This document shows, piece by piece, positions 8,445-16,975 of a stretch of 64,000 nucleotides of DNA (its first letter is position 1; every line of letters begins with the position of its first letter). The notes below the pieces were generated by a model that saw only the letters and a list, made by a program, of their open reading frames with translations, made no database searches and was not told the origin of the DNA. This DNA is from an archaeon (GTDB lineage: Archaea > Nanobdellota > Nanobdellia > Pacearchaeales > GW2011-AR1). The stretch is from contig JBDRCQ010000015.1 in NCBI GenBank assembly GCA_043821585.1, positions 2,909 through 66,908 on the forward strand. The letters run 5' to 3'. The translations under genes were made by a program, and so were the position numbers.

Positions 8445-10226
8445 ATGTCTAAAGGGAGAGTGATGAAGAATTTTGATGCGGGGGAGGAAGAACTGCTTAG
8501 GGGGTTCTTGTTTACTAATCCTGGTGGGGATGATGGCTTTGTTTATCCGCAGGAGTTGGTTGTAACGGAAGAGCTAGCGCCTTTGATGTCTGCTTATTCT
8601 AGGTCACATGTTCCTTTTCAGGAAAGGGTTTTGACCTATCTTGATAGGCATAAAGATGAGCAGACCAGAGCCATGTTGCCTTTGATTCCGCAATTAATGG
8701 ACATAACCAGGAATCCTGATGGGACTTTGAGGTTGACGGCTAAGACTGCAATATTCAATAGGCAATGGCCTCAGAGACATGGGCATGATTCGATTAAGGA
8801 AGAGGTTCCTCTTGTTGGACACTCGGAGAGGATATCTGACATAACTGGCAAGAGGATTACGGGACATCCGTTAAATCATCCGCAGGTTAAGTCTACGAGG
8901 TATTTGCATTTTGGGAGGGGGGATAATGTGGAGGACGAAGATTTGAGGGCGTTGGATCAAGGAGGCAGATTTTTAGAGTATCAGGATTGGATGAATCAGA
9001 GATATGTTGATATGACTGGGAGGCTTAGAGATGTTGTTTTCGATCATTCGGATACGGCAAGGGTTGTGGAGTTTTTGAGGAGGCCTGAGAACGTTGAGGC
9101 AGAAGTTGAAGCACAGATGGATGAAATGAAGGCTGTTAGGGATGGTTATGAACCGAGTGAAGGGGATCGAGACAGGGCGAGGGAGAGGGTTTTGAAGGGT
9201 TTGGAAGATGAAGGGGTTAGGAAGGCGGTGGGAAATTTTGTTTTGGATTCTTCAAGAATTTATTTGACGGCGGCTACTAAAACTTCCTTGGGTTTTGTTG
9301 CAGATGCTAGGACTTTGGAGAGCATTCTTACAGGGATGATTTCTTCTCAACGTTCAGAAGATGTTAGGAGGGGTCGGGCCTTGTGGGAACAAGCTCAGAA
9401 AGTGGCGCCTGTTTTGTTGGGTGAGAAAAGTCATGTTAGAGTTGATGCATGGAGGCAAAAGAATGAAACAGAACTTAGAGAGTTTCTGCAGGAAAGATTT
9501 GCGGGAGTTGAACCTCTTGAAGGGAAGCCGAGGGTTAGGGTTTGGGATCCTACAACTTTTAAGATGTATGATGATCGATTTAATGCGGCGATGGTTGCTT
9601 TTCCTTATTTGGATCTTAGTGTGGGCCAGATTGCTGATGAGATTTCTGCGGGAGATGCTGTGGAAATTTTAGAAAGGGCTCATAAAAATAGAGGACAATA
9701 CGATTTGGTTCATCCGGCGATCGCACATGGAGGGCTAATGTCTGAGTTTGTTATGGGCTATCATGGTTATAGGGATTTGTTTAGACATAGGAGGGGTTCG
9801 AGATCGGTGCAACTTTTGACCACGCGATTGGGTTTTGAGGTTCCTAAAATCTTTGAGACGTTTGGGATGGGTGATGAAGTTAGGGCTGATATGGAAAAGG
9901 CTGCGGAGATTTATGAACTTGCTAGGGAGCAGGATCCACATGTTGCGGAGAAGGTTGTGCCTTTTGGAGCTTTATGTAGATCGTTGCATTCTTGGCAGCC
10001 TGATCAGATGGCTTATGTGGCAAGGCTGAGGACGAATGCGGCCAGAGGGAATATTAGTTATGTTAACGTTGCTAGGGACATGATTGGACAAGTTGCTGAC
10101 TTGATGCCTGAAACTGCAAGATACTTTAGGGCTGATACGCAGGAGTACCCGGCGCATTTGTGGAAGAGGGGATATGAGTGGTATGATTCTGAAAGAAGAG
10201 GTAGAGATGAGAGTAAAGATAGTTAA
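8445..10226 (+). CDS. large hypothetical protein with a divergent ThyX (Thy1)-like C-terminal domain
   Basis: The C-terminal ~200 aa reads AHGGLMSEFVMGYHGYRDLFRHRRGSRSVQ ... VVPFGALCRSLHSWQPDQMAYVARLRTNAARGNISYVNVARDMIGQVADLMPE. This parallels the ThyX segment GHFSVLEH..RHRxxS..., ..VLP...R......N.R.W.HFI.MR...A..EIR.LA. The N-terminal ~390 aa is unrecognised. The locus is GC-richer than its flanks. Confidence 0.5.
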   Translation: MSKGRVMKNFDAGEEELLRGFLFTNPGGDDGFVYPQELVVTEELAPLMSAYSRSHVPFQERVLTYLDRHKDEQTRAMLPLIPQLMDITRNPDGTLRLTAKTAIFNRQWPQRHGHDSIKEEVPLVGHSERISDITGKRITGHPLNHPQVKSTRYLHFGRGDNVEDEDLRALDQGGRFLEYQDWMNQRYVDMTGRLRDVVFDHSDTARVVEFLRRPENVEAEVEAQMDEMKAVRDGYEPSEGDRDRARERVLKGLEDEGVRKAVGNFVLDSSRIYLTAATKTSLGFVADARTLESILTGMISSQRSEDVRRGRALWEQAQKVAPVLLGEKSHVRVDAWRQKNETELREFLQERFAGVEPLEGKPRVRVWDPTTFKMYDDRFNAAMVAFPYLDLSVGQIADEISAGDAVEILERAHKNRGQYDLVHPAIAHGGLMSEFVMGYHGYRDLFRHRRGSRSVQLLTTRLGFEVPKIFETFGMGDEVRADMEKAAEIYELAREQDPHVAEKVVPFGALCRSLHSWQPDQMAYVARLRTNAARGNISYVNVARDMIGQVADLMPETARYFRADTQEYPAHLWKRGYEWYDSERRGRDESKDS

Positions 10227-10875
10227 GAGGATTCCATTTGAGGATTTGAGGAAAATGATAGCAGAGGTTCCTTTGATGAAACCTGCTGCTGACGGTTCTC
10301 AGATTCATCCTTATAGGAATGCAAAGATTGGTTTGAGGCAGTTTAGTGCAGACCATGTCAACCCCCCTACTTTTTATCTGATTAGGCGAAATCTAGAAAT
10401 TCAGAGAGCTTTAAGGAGTCATCTGATGGCCGATCATGGAATTGATCCGTTGCGTTTGAGTGGCGCTTTGGAGATAAGGAACGAGAATGGGGAAATCTGG
10501 ACATTGACTCCTCCGATAGTTGAGTTTACTCCGAGGCACGTATTTTATGTTCCGCAACCTGGAGAATTGGATCATGGTCAAAGGAGGACGAGGATTTATG
10601 TTCCTTTGATTTGTGATGGGGCGCATAGAGTTGGCGTGGCGAGAGAAGCTGGAGGAGATTTTATTGGAGTTTCCATTGAGGGAGCGGACGACGCTTATCC
10701 TTATTACGCACACCCTAACGGGTGGGGCGACGTTAAAATTGTGGACGAGGTTCCGGGAACTATGGACGAAAAGAAAATGTATCTTCTAGCAGATTCTTAT
10801 GCGCTGTATCGGGACTTTAGCAGGATCGGGTGTGGTAAACCGAGACATGTTGGGGAGGGTGATAAGGGTGGCTAA
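10174..10875 (+). CDS. ParB/Srx-like nuclease-domain protein (start may be ATG 10207)
   Basis: LICDGAHRVGVAREAGGDFIGV resembles the ParB/sulfiredoxin signature (DGxHRxxAA..xG). Overlaps the upstream gene's end and the downstream gene's start. Confidence 0.45.
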   Translation: MSGMILKEEVEMRVKIVKRIPFEDLRKMIAEVPLMKPAADGSQIHPYRNAKIGLRQFSADHVNPPTFYLIRRNLEIQRALRSHLMADHGIDPLRLSGALEIRNENGEIWTLTPPIVEFTPRHVFYVPQPGELDHGQRRTRIYVPLICDGAHRVGVAREAGGDFIGVSIEGADDAYPYYAHPNGWGDVKIVDEVPGTMDEKKMYLLADSYALYRDFSRIGCGKPRHVGEGDKGG

Positions 10876-11482
10876 GCTTATTCATTTGGTTGGGTCTTCT
10901 GGGACTGGCAAGGGGAGTGTTCATAAGTATCTTGTTGGATATTTGAGGGGACAAGGGGGGAGTGTTGTAGAATTGGTTGAGCCGCCGGAACCTTTTCACC
11001 AGTTCATTAAAAATTATCGTTTGAGGCCAGATAAGGATGCGCTTGTTGAAGCGGCGATGTTTGCGACTGCGAGATTGTGGCTTTATGAAACTCAGGTTAT
11101 GCCAAGACTTGAGGATCCTAATTTGGTTTTTTTGTCAGATAGGGGTTTGTTGGATTCTTTTGTCTATCAGGGAGTTCTTGGAGGTGTTGGTGTTGAAACT
11201 GTTCAAAGATTGAATCAGCATGTGCCTTTGCCTGATTTGGCTATCGGACTGATTGTTGATGGGGTAGAAGGGAATAGGAGGGTTTTGGAGAGGAGGGGGG
11301 CGACTGGTGAGGCGTTAAGTGCTAACGAAACTGCTGCGGGGATTGCTAGAGTTTCTAATGCTTATGCGGGAATAGGGTTCACTTTTCCGGACATGAATTA
11401 TCGGACAATTGATACAACTTCGATGACTCTTGATGAAGTGAAGGATGTTGCTCGGAGTTACGTTGATGAGGTGTTGGCATGA
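10847..11482 (+). CDS. thymidylate-kinase-like dNMP kinase (second, divergent Tmk paralog; start 10847 ATG or 10868 GTG)
   Basis: P-loop LVGSSGTGKGSV and FLSDRGLLDSFVYQG (the DRY..S..YQG motif of the Tmk family). Confidence 0.7.
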   Translation: MLGRVIRVAKLIHLVGSSGTGKGSVHKYLVGYLRGQGGSVVELVEPPEPFHQFIKNYRLRPDKDALVEAAMFATARLWLYETQVMPRLEDPNLVFLSDRGLLDSFVYQGVLGGVGVETVQRLNQHVPLPDLAIGLIVDGVEGNRRVLERRGATGEALSANETAAGIARVSNAYAGIGFTFPDMNYRTIDTTSMTLDEVKDVARSYVDEVLA

Positions 11483-12123
11483 GTGGGGGGCTTGTTGATG
11501 CTGTCGGTTTTGATCTTGATGGTACGCTTTATACATTAAATGACGGGATTAATGATAGGATAAGGCAGCATGCCTGTCAAACTGCTGCAGGTATTTTGTC
11601 TAGACCTTATGAATGGGTTAGGGCTGAATTTGAAAGGCATTTTGCTGAGACTGGAAGTGGAAGAATTTCTTTGGAACAAATGGGAATTGATAATGGCAGG
11701 GAAATTGTGCAGGTTGCGTTGGAGGAGGCAGATATTGGCCCTTTATTGAATAGAGATGGCGCTTTGGCGGGGATGCTTGGTAGGCTTGGGGAGAGATTTA
11801 ATCTTTATTTGATTACTAGCAGTCCAAGGGGGAGCGCGGAATCGAAGCTTGCACATTTAGGGGTTAATTTGGATGTTTTTGATCCTCGTATTTATGGAGA
11901 AAGCCCTTTGTCTAGAAGGGATGGGTCTGCTTTTAGACATGTAGCTACAACCTATGGCATTGCTCTGCCGAGGATGATGTTTGTGGGTGATCGAGAGAAA
12001 GTTGATATCTTTCCTGCGCAGAGTCTGGGGTTAAAGACTGCGATGGTTAATGGGATGTCGGAACGTGCAGATTATAACCTGGGAAGTATTTATGAGTTAG
12101 AGGGTGTTTTACTCGGGACGTGA
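11479..12123 (+). CDS. HAD-superfamily hydrolase/phosphatase
   Basis: GFDLDGTLY (motif I), LITSSP, GDREKVDI (motif IV). ATGA start overlap with the upstream kinase. Confidence 0.75.
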   Translation: MSGGLVDAVGFDLDGTLYTLNDGINDRIRQHACQTAAGILSRPYEWVRAEFERHFAETGSGRISLEQMGIDNGREIVQVALEEADIGPLLNRDGALAGMLGRLGERFNLYLITSSPRGSAESKLAHLGVNLDVFDPRIYGESPLSRRDGSAFRHVATTYGIALPRMMFVGDREKVDIFPAQSLGLKTAMVNGMSERADYNLGSIYELEGVLLGT

Positions 12124-12729
12124 TTTGACATAGTCTTTTATAAACGGCCAACTGATTTGTGTCCAGCTTTCTATGGTGTTTTCCGGATTGCTGAAGGTTT
12201 TTTCTATTTCGTCTACTAATAAGAATTCTCCGTGAGCCATGTCCTCTGCAGGCTTGATGTCTTCGGTTGTTTCTGCTAAGGCAACGACTCCGAAATGGAC
12301 CTTTCCAACTTCTTCTGAGTCGTCGTTTATGAAGCCAATGAATTTGGGTGAAGGATAATTTTCCATGATAACTTCTTCTTTCATTTCGCGCATCATTGCT
12401 GCAGCTATTGGGTCTTTTGTATGTTCTTCAGTGTCGCGGTCGATGTGTCCACCAACGCCGCCCGAGAATTTATTGTAGAGCCTGCCTTCGTTTCCAGTTT
12501 TTGCTCTTTTGTAGATGAATACTTTTTTTGTTTTTGGGTTAATTATCCAGACGTAGGGAATTATTTGTTGGAACTCTTTGTTGTTTTCTAATTCATCTGT
12601 TCTATCTTGGTATTCTAGTTTTTCTAAAATCGTGGGGATGAAGTCATTTTCTTTTATTGGGCAAAAGCCTTGAAATGTTTTGTCTTTGAATAGCTCCTCT
12701 CTTTTTACGCATAGGATGTCTCGTGACAT
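12109..12729 (-). CDS. Nudix hydrolase
   Basis: GGVGGHIDRDTEEHTKDPIAAAMMREMKEEV fits the Nudix box GX5EX7REUXEEXGU. The 3' end overlaps the HAD gene by 15 nt (convergent). Confidence 0.75.
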   Translation of the reverse strand: MSRDILCVKREELFKDKTFQGFCPIKENDFIPTILEKLEYQDRTDELENNKEFQQIIPYVWIINPKTKKVFIYKRAKTGNEGRLYNKFSGGVGGHIDRDTEEHTKDPIAAAMMREMKEEVIMENYPSPKFIGFINDDSEEVGKVHFGVVALAETTEDIKPAEDMAHGEFLLVDEIEKTFSNPENTIESWTQISWPFIKDYVKSRPE

Positions 12730-12763
12730 ATTTAGTTTTTGTAGGAGGATTATATAAAATTAA

Positions 12764-13087
12764 TTGTTCTTGAGGTATTCTTGTGGAAAAATATTTAAGG
12801 GTTTGGTTTTAGTTTGGGGCATGTGTGGGAAATATCTTCGAAGAGCGGCTCTTTTTTTTGTTTATTCAGCTATTTCTTTAAATGCAGGTAATTGTGCTTA
12901 TAGGTGCACTGATGATTATTTGCAGGCAACGGAGTTTGGCGAGGAGCGATCAATGGATAACGGTCTTTTTAGGGCTGTCGGGGCGGTTAATGGTCTTTTG
13001 GTTGGGACAGGAATTTGGGCTACTTGGCCACTTTATCGATTGATTAGAAAAGGAGAGTTAAAAGAAGATAGACAAAGGATTGATTAA
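12764..13087 (+). CDS. hypothetical protein
   Basis: ORF only, with a C-terminal hydrophobic segment. Weak support. Confidence 0.25.
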   Translation: MFLRYSCGKIFKGLVLVWGMCGKYLRRAALFFVYSAISLNAGNCAYRCTDDYLQATEFGEERSMDNGLFRAVGAVNGLLVGTGIWATWPLYRLIRKGELKEDRQRID

Positions 13088-13392
13088 TCCTTCATTTCGA
13101 TTTTGATTTGCACGCTTCGTGGGATTTGAAGTTTCATAATTGGGTGGAGAATTCGGTCTTCGGCGGGGATGTCGATGATTCGGCGGTGTACGCGCATTTC
13201 AAACCTGTCAAAGGTTGCTGTGCCTGCACCGCAAGGGGATTTTCGTGTAGCTACCTTCAGTTTTCGAGTAGGTAATGGGATTGGGCCTCGCATCACGACG
13301 CCGGCTCTTTGAGTAATTTCGCGGATCGATTCAATTACCTGATTGATCGGCGCGATTTCGATACTGTTCAATTTGATTCTAACCTTTGCCAT
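13084..13392 (-). CDS. rps10: 30S ribosomal protein S10 (uS10)
   Basis: MAKVRIKLNSIEIAPINQVIESIREITQRAGVVMRGPIPLPTRKLKVATRKSPCG is the uS10 signature. Confidence 0.9.
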   Translation of the reverse strand: MAKVRIKLNSIEIAPINQVIESIREITQRAGVVMRGPIPLPTRKLKVATRKSPCGAGTATFDRFEMRVHRRIIDIPAEDRILHPIMKLQIPRSVQIKIEMKD

Positions 13393-13455
13393 GCGGGGAC
13401 TAGAAAAAATTGGTTTTTAAAGTTATTGGCTATTGTTTTGATTTTATGAAATAAA

Positions 13456-13689
13456 CTAACTTTTGTATGTTTTGCTAAATCTGATTAAATGTAGCGCAAA
13501 TTGGGGATTCGGGTTCCCACTTTTGAAATCTTCCGCCCCTTGCCGGGCTTGATCCTGCGCATCATTAAATTCTTGCGAGGTGCTGCTCCACGTGATATTT
13601 ACAATTACCCATGCAATTGCTGCGATTAGAATTATTGTCCCGATGATTATTAAAATTATACCTAATGTGCTAAGGCCCCTTTTTTCCAT
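13456..13689 (-). CDS. type IV pilin-like protein with class III signal peptide
   Basis: MEKRGLSTLGIILIIIGTIILIAAIA: a KRG|LS prepilin-peptidase-type site followed by a hydrophobic stretch. The same motif occurs in the two pilins at 25089 and 25553. Confidence 0.5.
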   Translation of the reverse strand: MEKRGLSTLGIILIIIGTIILIAAIAWVIVNITWSSTSQEFNDAQDQARQGAEDFKSGNPNPQFALHLIRFSKTYKS

Positions 13690-13733
13690 TGGTTTAATTG
13701 GAAACTCTGGTTTATAAGTTTTTTCTAAAACTT

Positions 13734-13748
13734 GGCTCTGTTGAAAAA
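13734..13748 (+). repeat. solo copy of the MITE-like terminal repeat GGCTCTGTTGAAAAA
   Basis: Same 15-mer as the left end of the element at 13841. Confidence 0.4.
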
Positions 13749-13840
13749 GTCTTAAAATAAAAGTGACATGTTAATCATTGAGGTGAAAAACATGTCAAAA
13801 AAACAAAGCAAACTGCATAAAAAAATCTATCAGTTGTTGA

Positions 13841-13988
13841 GGCTCTGTTGAAAATCTCTTTATTGTGGGCTTACGATTCCCCCTCCTTCCACTATTCTGC
13901 TTTCAGCAAAAGACCTTTCTTGTTCCTCTAAACTTGCATCCGCCCCAATCTATTGGCAAGCCTCAGTTTTGATTTTTTCAATAGAGCC
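13841..13988. mobile_element. MITE-like element or small-RNA locus, copy 1 (terminal inverted repeats GGCTCTGTTGAAAA / TTTTCAATAGAGCC)
   Basis: Imperfect terminal inverted repeats flank ~120 bp. The internal GGGCTTACGATTCCCCCTCC is shared with copy 2 at 27645. Confidence 0.5.
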
Positions 13989-14033
13989 CTAAAATTTAGG
14001 TAATTTTAAATAAATCTCTTTTCTTAATTTAGA

Positions 14034-14420
14034 ATGTCTATTTTCAAAAAAAGGGGTAGTGAAGACGTTCTAGATTTAACGGATATGCAGCGGAGGGGGC
14101 TTTTGCAGAAGTCTGCCGAGATTGAAAGGCAGTTTGTCCAGAGGAAGGATTCTGCGGGGTATTTTGATTTTACAGGGGTTACTTCTGGCGCAGGTACTGG
14201 AGTAACTGCATGTTCAAATAATCCTAGCTCTGGGACAGGCAGTCAGTTTGATTTTTTAGATGCTTTGGCTTCAACTAGTGGAGCTTCTTCTAGTGGTTCT
14301 GCAAGCTCAGGGAGTTCAGGAGTTGACTCTTTGGAAATTCAGGGGTTGAAGAATAAGATTGATGATCTAGAGTACAAATTGCAGATTCTTGAGGATAAGA
14401 CTGCGAAGTTGAGTGGTTAA
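14034..14420 (+). CDS. hypothetical protein (Ser/Gly-rich linker, C-terminal coiled coil)
   Basis: ORF with low-complexity SSGSASSGSSG and a C-terminal heptad coil (LEIQGLKNKIDDLEYKLQILEDKTAKL). Confidence 0.45.
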   Translation: MSIFKKRGSEDVLDLTDMQRRGLLQKSAEIERQFVQRKDSAGYFDFTGVTSGAGTGVTACSNNPSSGTGSQFDFLDALASTSGASSSGSASSGSSGVDSLEIQGLKNKIDDLEYKLQILEDKTAKLSG

Positions 14421-14450
14421 TTTTATAAATCTCTAATTTGTTGGTTTTTT

Positions 14451-14744
14451 ATGACGATTTACAGAACGGTTGGACAGGTGTTTGCTGGTTTTGCTAAATA
14501 TACTCTGTTGGAAAGCATGGATGTCGAAGCTGCTAATCATACTGCGGCAGAAGCTGCTAGAAAAGATTTTGTGCCCATGAGTGATGCAGAGTATGCTGCG
14601 AAGTTGCGTGCTCCTGGTGTGGAAGCGGGCCTGTTGAGGAGTGTTGCGCAATTGCCACCGTTGCATGGAGTTCGGAAGGTTATTGTGGCAAGTGCTGGAA
14701 GTAGCAATTTTGTTAAAGTGGTAAATGGGTCAATTGGGCTTTAG
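14451..14744 (+). CDS. hypothetical protein
   Basis: ORF only. Ala-rich and GC-richer than neighbours. Confidence 0.3.
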   Translation: MTIYRTVGQVFAGFAKYTLLESMDVEAANHTAAEAARKDFVPMSDAEYAAKLRAPGVEAGLLRSVAQLPPLHGVRKVIVASAGSSNFVKVVNGSIGL

Positions 14745-16535
14745 TTAAATCTTGTCAAGCTTTTTTGCTAAGGCCTCTGTTTCATTCAGGAGGTCTTCGA
14801 CTTCTTTAAGGCCGGATTCCCAGAATTCTTTTTTGGTGATATCGATGCCTAGTTTTGCGAAGATGTCTTTTGGCGAGTCTGAAAGTCCGGCTGACAAGAA
14901 CTCTTTTACTTTTTCTATAAAACTATGATCTGCGCGGACTTTTCGCTGGAGGGCTTTCGAAATCAACTGGCCGGAGACATAAGAATAAACGTAGAAAATG
15001 TATCTGAAGTGTGGGACATAGATCCACCAGTTGTCTGCTTTTGATGTGTCCACAGAATCTCCGAGGTATGAAGAGAGGTGTTTTTTGAATAGTTCCCCAA
15101 CGCGTTCTTTTGAGAGATATCCTTTCTCTCTAAATTCTGAGTGGAGTTCGAGTTCGAAGTTATAGAATGAAGTTTGTCTGAAGATTGTTGAGATATCACT
15201 GTCTAATTTTTCCATTAAAATTGAGAGTTTTTTTTCTGGATCTGCTTTTCTGATTAATTCTTCTAGGACGAAGTCCTCCATGAATGTTGAGGCAACTTCC
15301 GCCGTTGATTTTGGCGTGCCTACGTTGAGAGCTTTTTGTGTTTTGTTCATTAACTCCGCGTTTATTCCGTGGCCGACTTCGTGGGCAAGAGTTGTGACAT
15401 TGTTTAAGTTGTCTGTGTGGTTGAGAAGGATGTAAATTGGTTGGGTTGGGAGGAGGTGAATACAGAACGCGCCATTTTGTTTTCCTTTTTTTGGGAAGAC
15501 ATCTATCTGGCCTTTTTCTAAAAATCTTAATAGAATTTCTGAAAACTCATTGTCTAGTTTTTCGAATGTTTTTTTTACTAATTCAACAGAGTCTTCAAAA
15601 GAGTAGTTGACTTCTTTGATTGTGTAAGGAACCGATCTTTCGTGATATTGCATTTTTTTTACTCCAAGGAGATCTGCTTTCAGCTTGTAGTACCTTTTTG
15701 CTATGTCAAACCTGGCGGTTATTGTTTTTATCAAAGTGTCTACTGCTTCGGTTGGTATGTCATCAGTTAGGTGTCTTGCGGAGTCCGCCCTTGGGAATTT
15801 TCTTAATTCATCGTTTGTTTTTTTGTTCGAGAGGATTGCGTTAATTTCTTGTTCTGCTACTTCGGCGTATTGGTCTAGTATTTCTGTGAACGCTTTGGCT
15901 GCGACGTCTCTTGTTTTCTTATCAGTGCTTTTCATAAGTTCTATTAGTTCTGAGAAGTTCTTGGTTTGCTTTTTGTTTTTTAAGGAAATCTCCTTTTCTT
16001 GTTTTGTTAGGAGGCCCTGGGTCATCCTTTCCCAAAAGTCATGAGAGGTTGTTTCTTTTAAAGAGAGTATTTTTTCTTCTTTTTCAGACAGAAGGTGTTT
16101 GCCTGCAGCGAACTGTGTTTCTAAAAAATGTTTGTATTCTTTTAGTTCTGGGCTAGAAATGAATTTTTTTTGTTCTTTTTCTGGAATTTTTGAGATATTG
16201 AGAGTGAAGAATTTTCTGTTGTTCTTTATTTGTTTTTCTAGTTCCTCTATTTTGTTGAGCTTGGCTTTTACTTCTGGGTTTGCTTGGTCCTGGTAAAATC
16301 TTAATGTGAAATAATAGCCTGGATCTCCGGAAAGTCCGTAGTCTTTTTCGACAGCTTCTAAGTCGTCAAGAACTTGTTTAAGGATTTTTGGGTCTTTTAG
16401 ATAGTCACTTCTGGTTTTCCATTTATCGGTAAACTTTTGATTTGCTTCTTTTGCCTTTTCAAGTTTTTTCCCTATTTCGGGGTCTCCGTCTGATTTTAAT
16501 AGGGGAGAAAGATCCCACTCTTTTTTGATGTTCAT
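14745..16535 (-). CDS. pepF: oligoendopeptidase F (peptidase M3 family)
   Basis: HEVGHGIN (HEXXH zinc site) within the M3B architecture. Likely start is MNIKKEWDLSPLL at 16533-16535. The track's 5' extension to 16838 has no protein-like features. Confidence 0.85.
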   Translation of the reverse strand: MNIKKEWDLSPLLKSDGDPEIGKKLEKAKEANQKFTDKWKTRSDYLKDPKILKQVLDDLEAVEKDYGLSGDPGYYFTLRFYQDQANPEVKAKLNKIEELEKQIKNNRKFFTLNISKIPEKEQKKFISSPELKEYKHFLETQFAAGKHLLSEKEEKILSLKETTSHDFWERMTQGLLTKQEKEISLKNKKQTKNFSELIELMKSTDKKTRDVAAKAFTEILDQYAEVAEQEINAILSNKKTNDELRKFPRADSARHLTDDIPTEAVDTLIKTITARFDIAKRYYKLKADLLGVKKMQYHERSVPYTIKEVNYSFEDSVELVKKTFEKLDNEFSEILLRFLEKGQIDVFPKKGKQNGAFCIHLLPTQPIYILLNHTDNLNNVTTLAHEVGHGINAELMNKTQKALNVGTPKSTAEVASTFMEDFVLEELIRKADPEKKLSILMEKLDSDISTIFRQTSFYNFELELHSEFREKGYLSKERVGELFKKHLSSYLGDSVDTSKADNWWIYVPHFRYIFYVYSYVSGQLISKALQRKVRADHSFIEKVKEFLSAGLSDSPKDIFAKLGIDITKKEFWESGLKEVEDLLNETEALAKKLDKI

Positions 16536-16748
16536 ATGCTTCGGAGAAACAGGGAGTTTATATTGTTTTCCTAAAAAAATAGCTGCAATGGTAAATGAGG
16601 CGCGAAGCGCCGATCCCGTCCGACATGGTGACTCGGGACAAGTGCGCTCGGTTATTATGTAACTGCCTTCCCTGGCTGATGGGGGATTAGATTGGAGAGG
16701 TTGTGAGTTAGAGGCAATTATCGAGTGATCGTTGAGAGATTGGATAAC

Positions 16749-16756
16749 TTTATTAA
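16749..16756 (+). promoter_or_regulatory. TATA-like box TTTATTAA 29 nt upstream of the antitoxin ATG (16778)
   Basis: Same motif and spacing as at 840 and 991. Confidence 0.4.
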
Positions 16757-16777
16757 CTGGAAATCTCTCGAAAATAT

Positions 16778-16975
16778 ATGGGGCAAAAACAAGCATCTCT
16801 GGATGAGATCTATGCAGTACTGTTGGAATTAAGGGCAAAAATGCAGAAGATGGACCAGTATCTTGAGGACTTGGAGTTTGCTCGGAGGACTGAAGAGGCG
16901 TGGCAAGAAATTGATGAAGGCAAAGGTGAAGAATATTCTTTAGAGGAGTTTCGTAAGAAGCTAAAAAATGGTTAA
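16778..16975 (+). CDS. type II antitoxin (RelB-like addiction-module component)
   Basis: 65-aa acidic protein. Its stop overlaps the start of the downstream RelE-like toxin. ..EIDEGKGEEYSLEEFRKKL is typical of these antitoxins. Confidence 0.6.
   Translation: MGQKQASLDEIYAVLLELRAKMQKMDQYLEDLEFARRTEEAWQEIDEGKGEEYSLEEFRKKLKNG

Noticed and set aside
16590-16740. SRP (7S) RNA or RNase P RNA
   Set aside because: The universal RNase P P4 motif (GGAAAGUCCGG) is absent, and no convincing SRP helix-8 or Alu-domain pair is present. The GC-rich block is ~150 nt, too short for either. Kept only as an unclassified structured segment.
16536-16838. 100-codon N-terminal extension of pepF in the ORF track (MPLIPTVLHRSHPEM...)
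   Set aside because: The extension covers a GC-rich hairpin-dense block and has no peptidase-M3 homology. A good internal start (MNIKKEWDL) gives the canonical ~597-aa PepF length.
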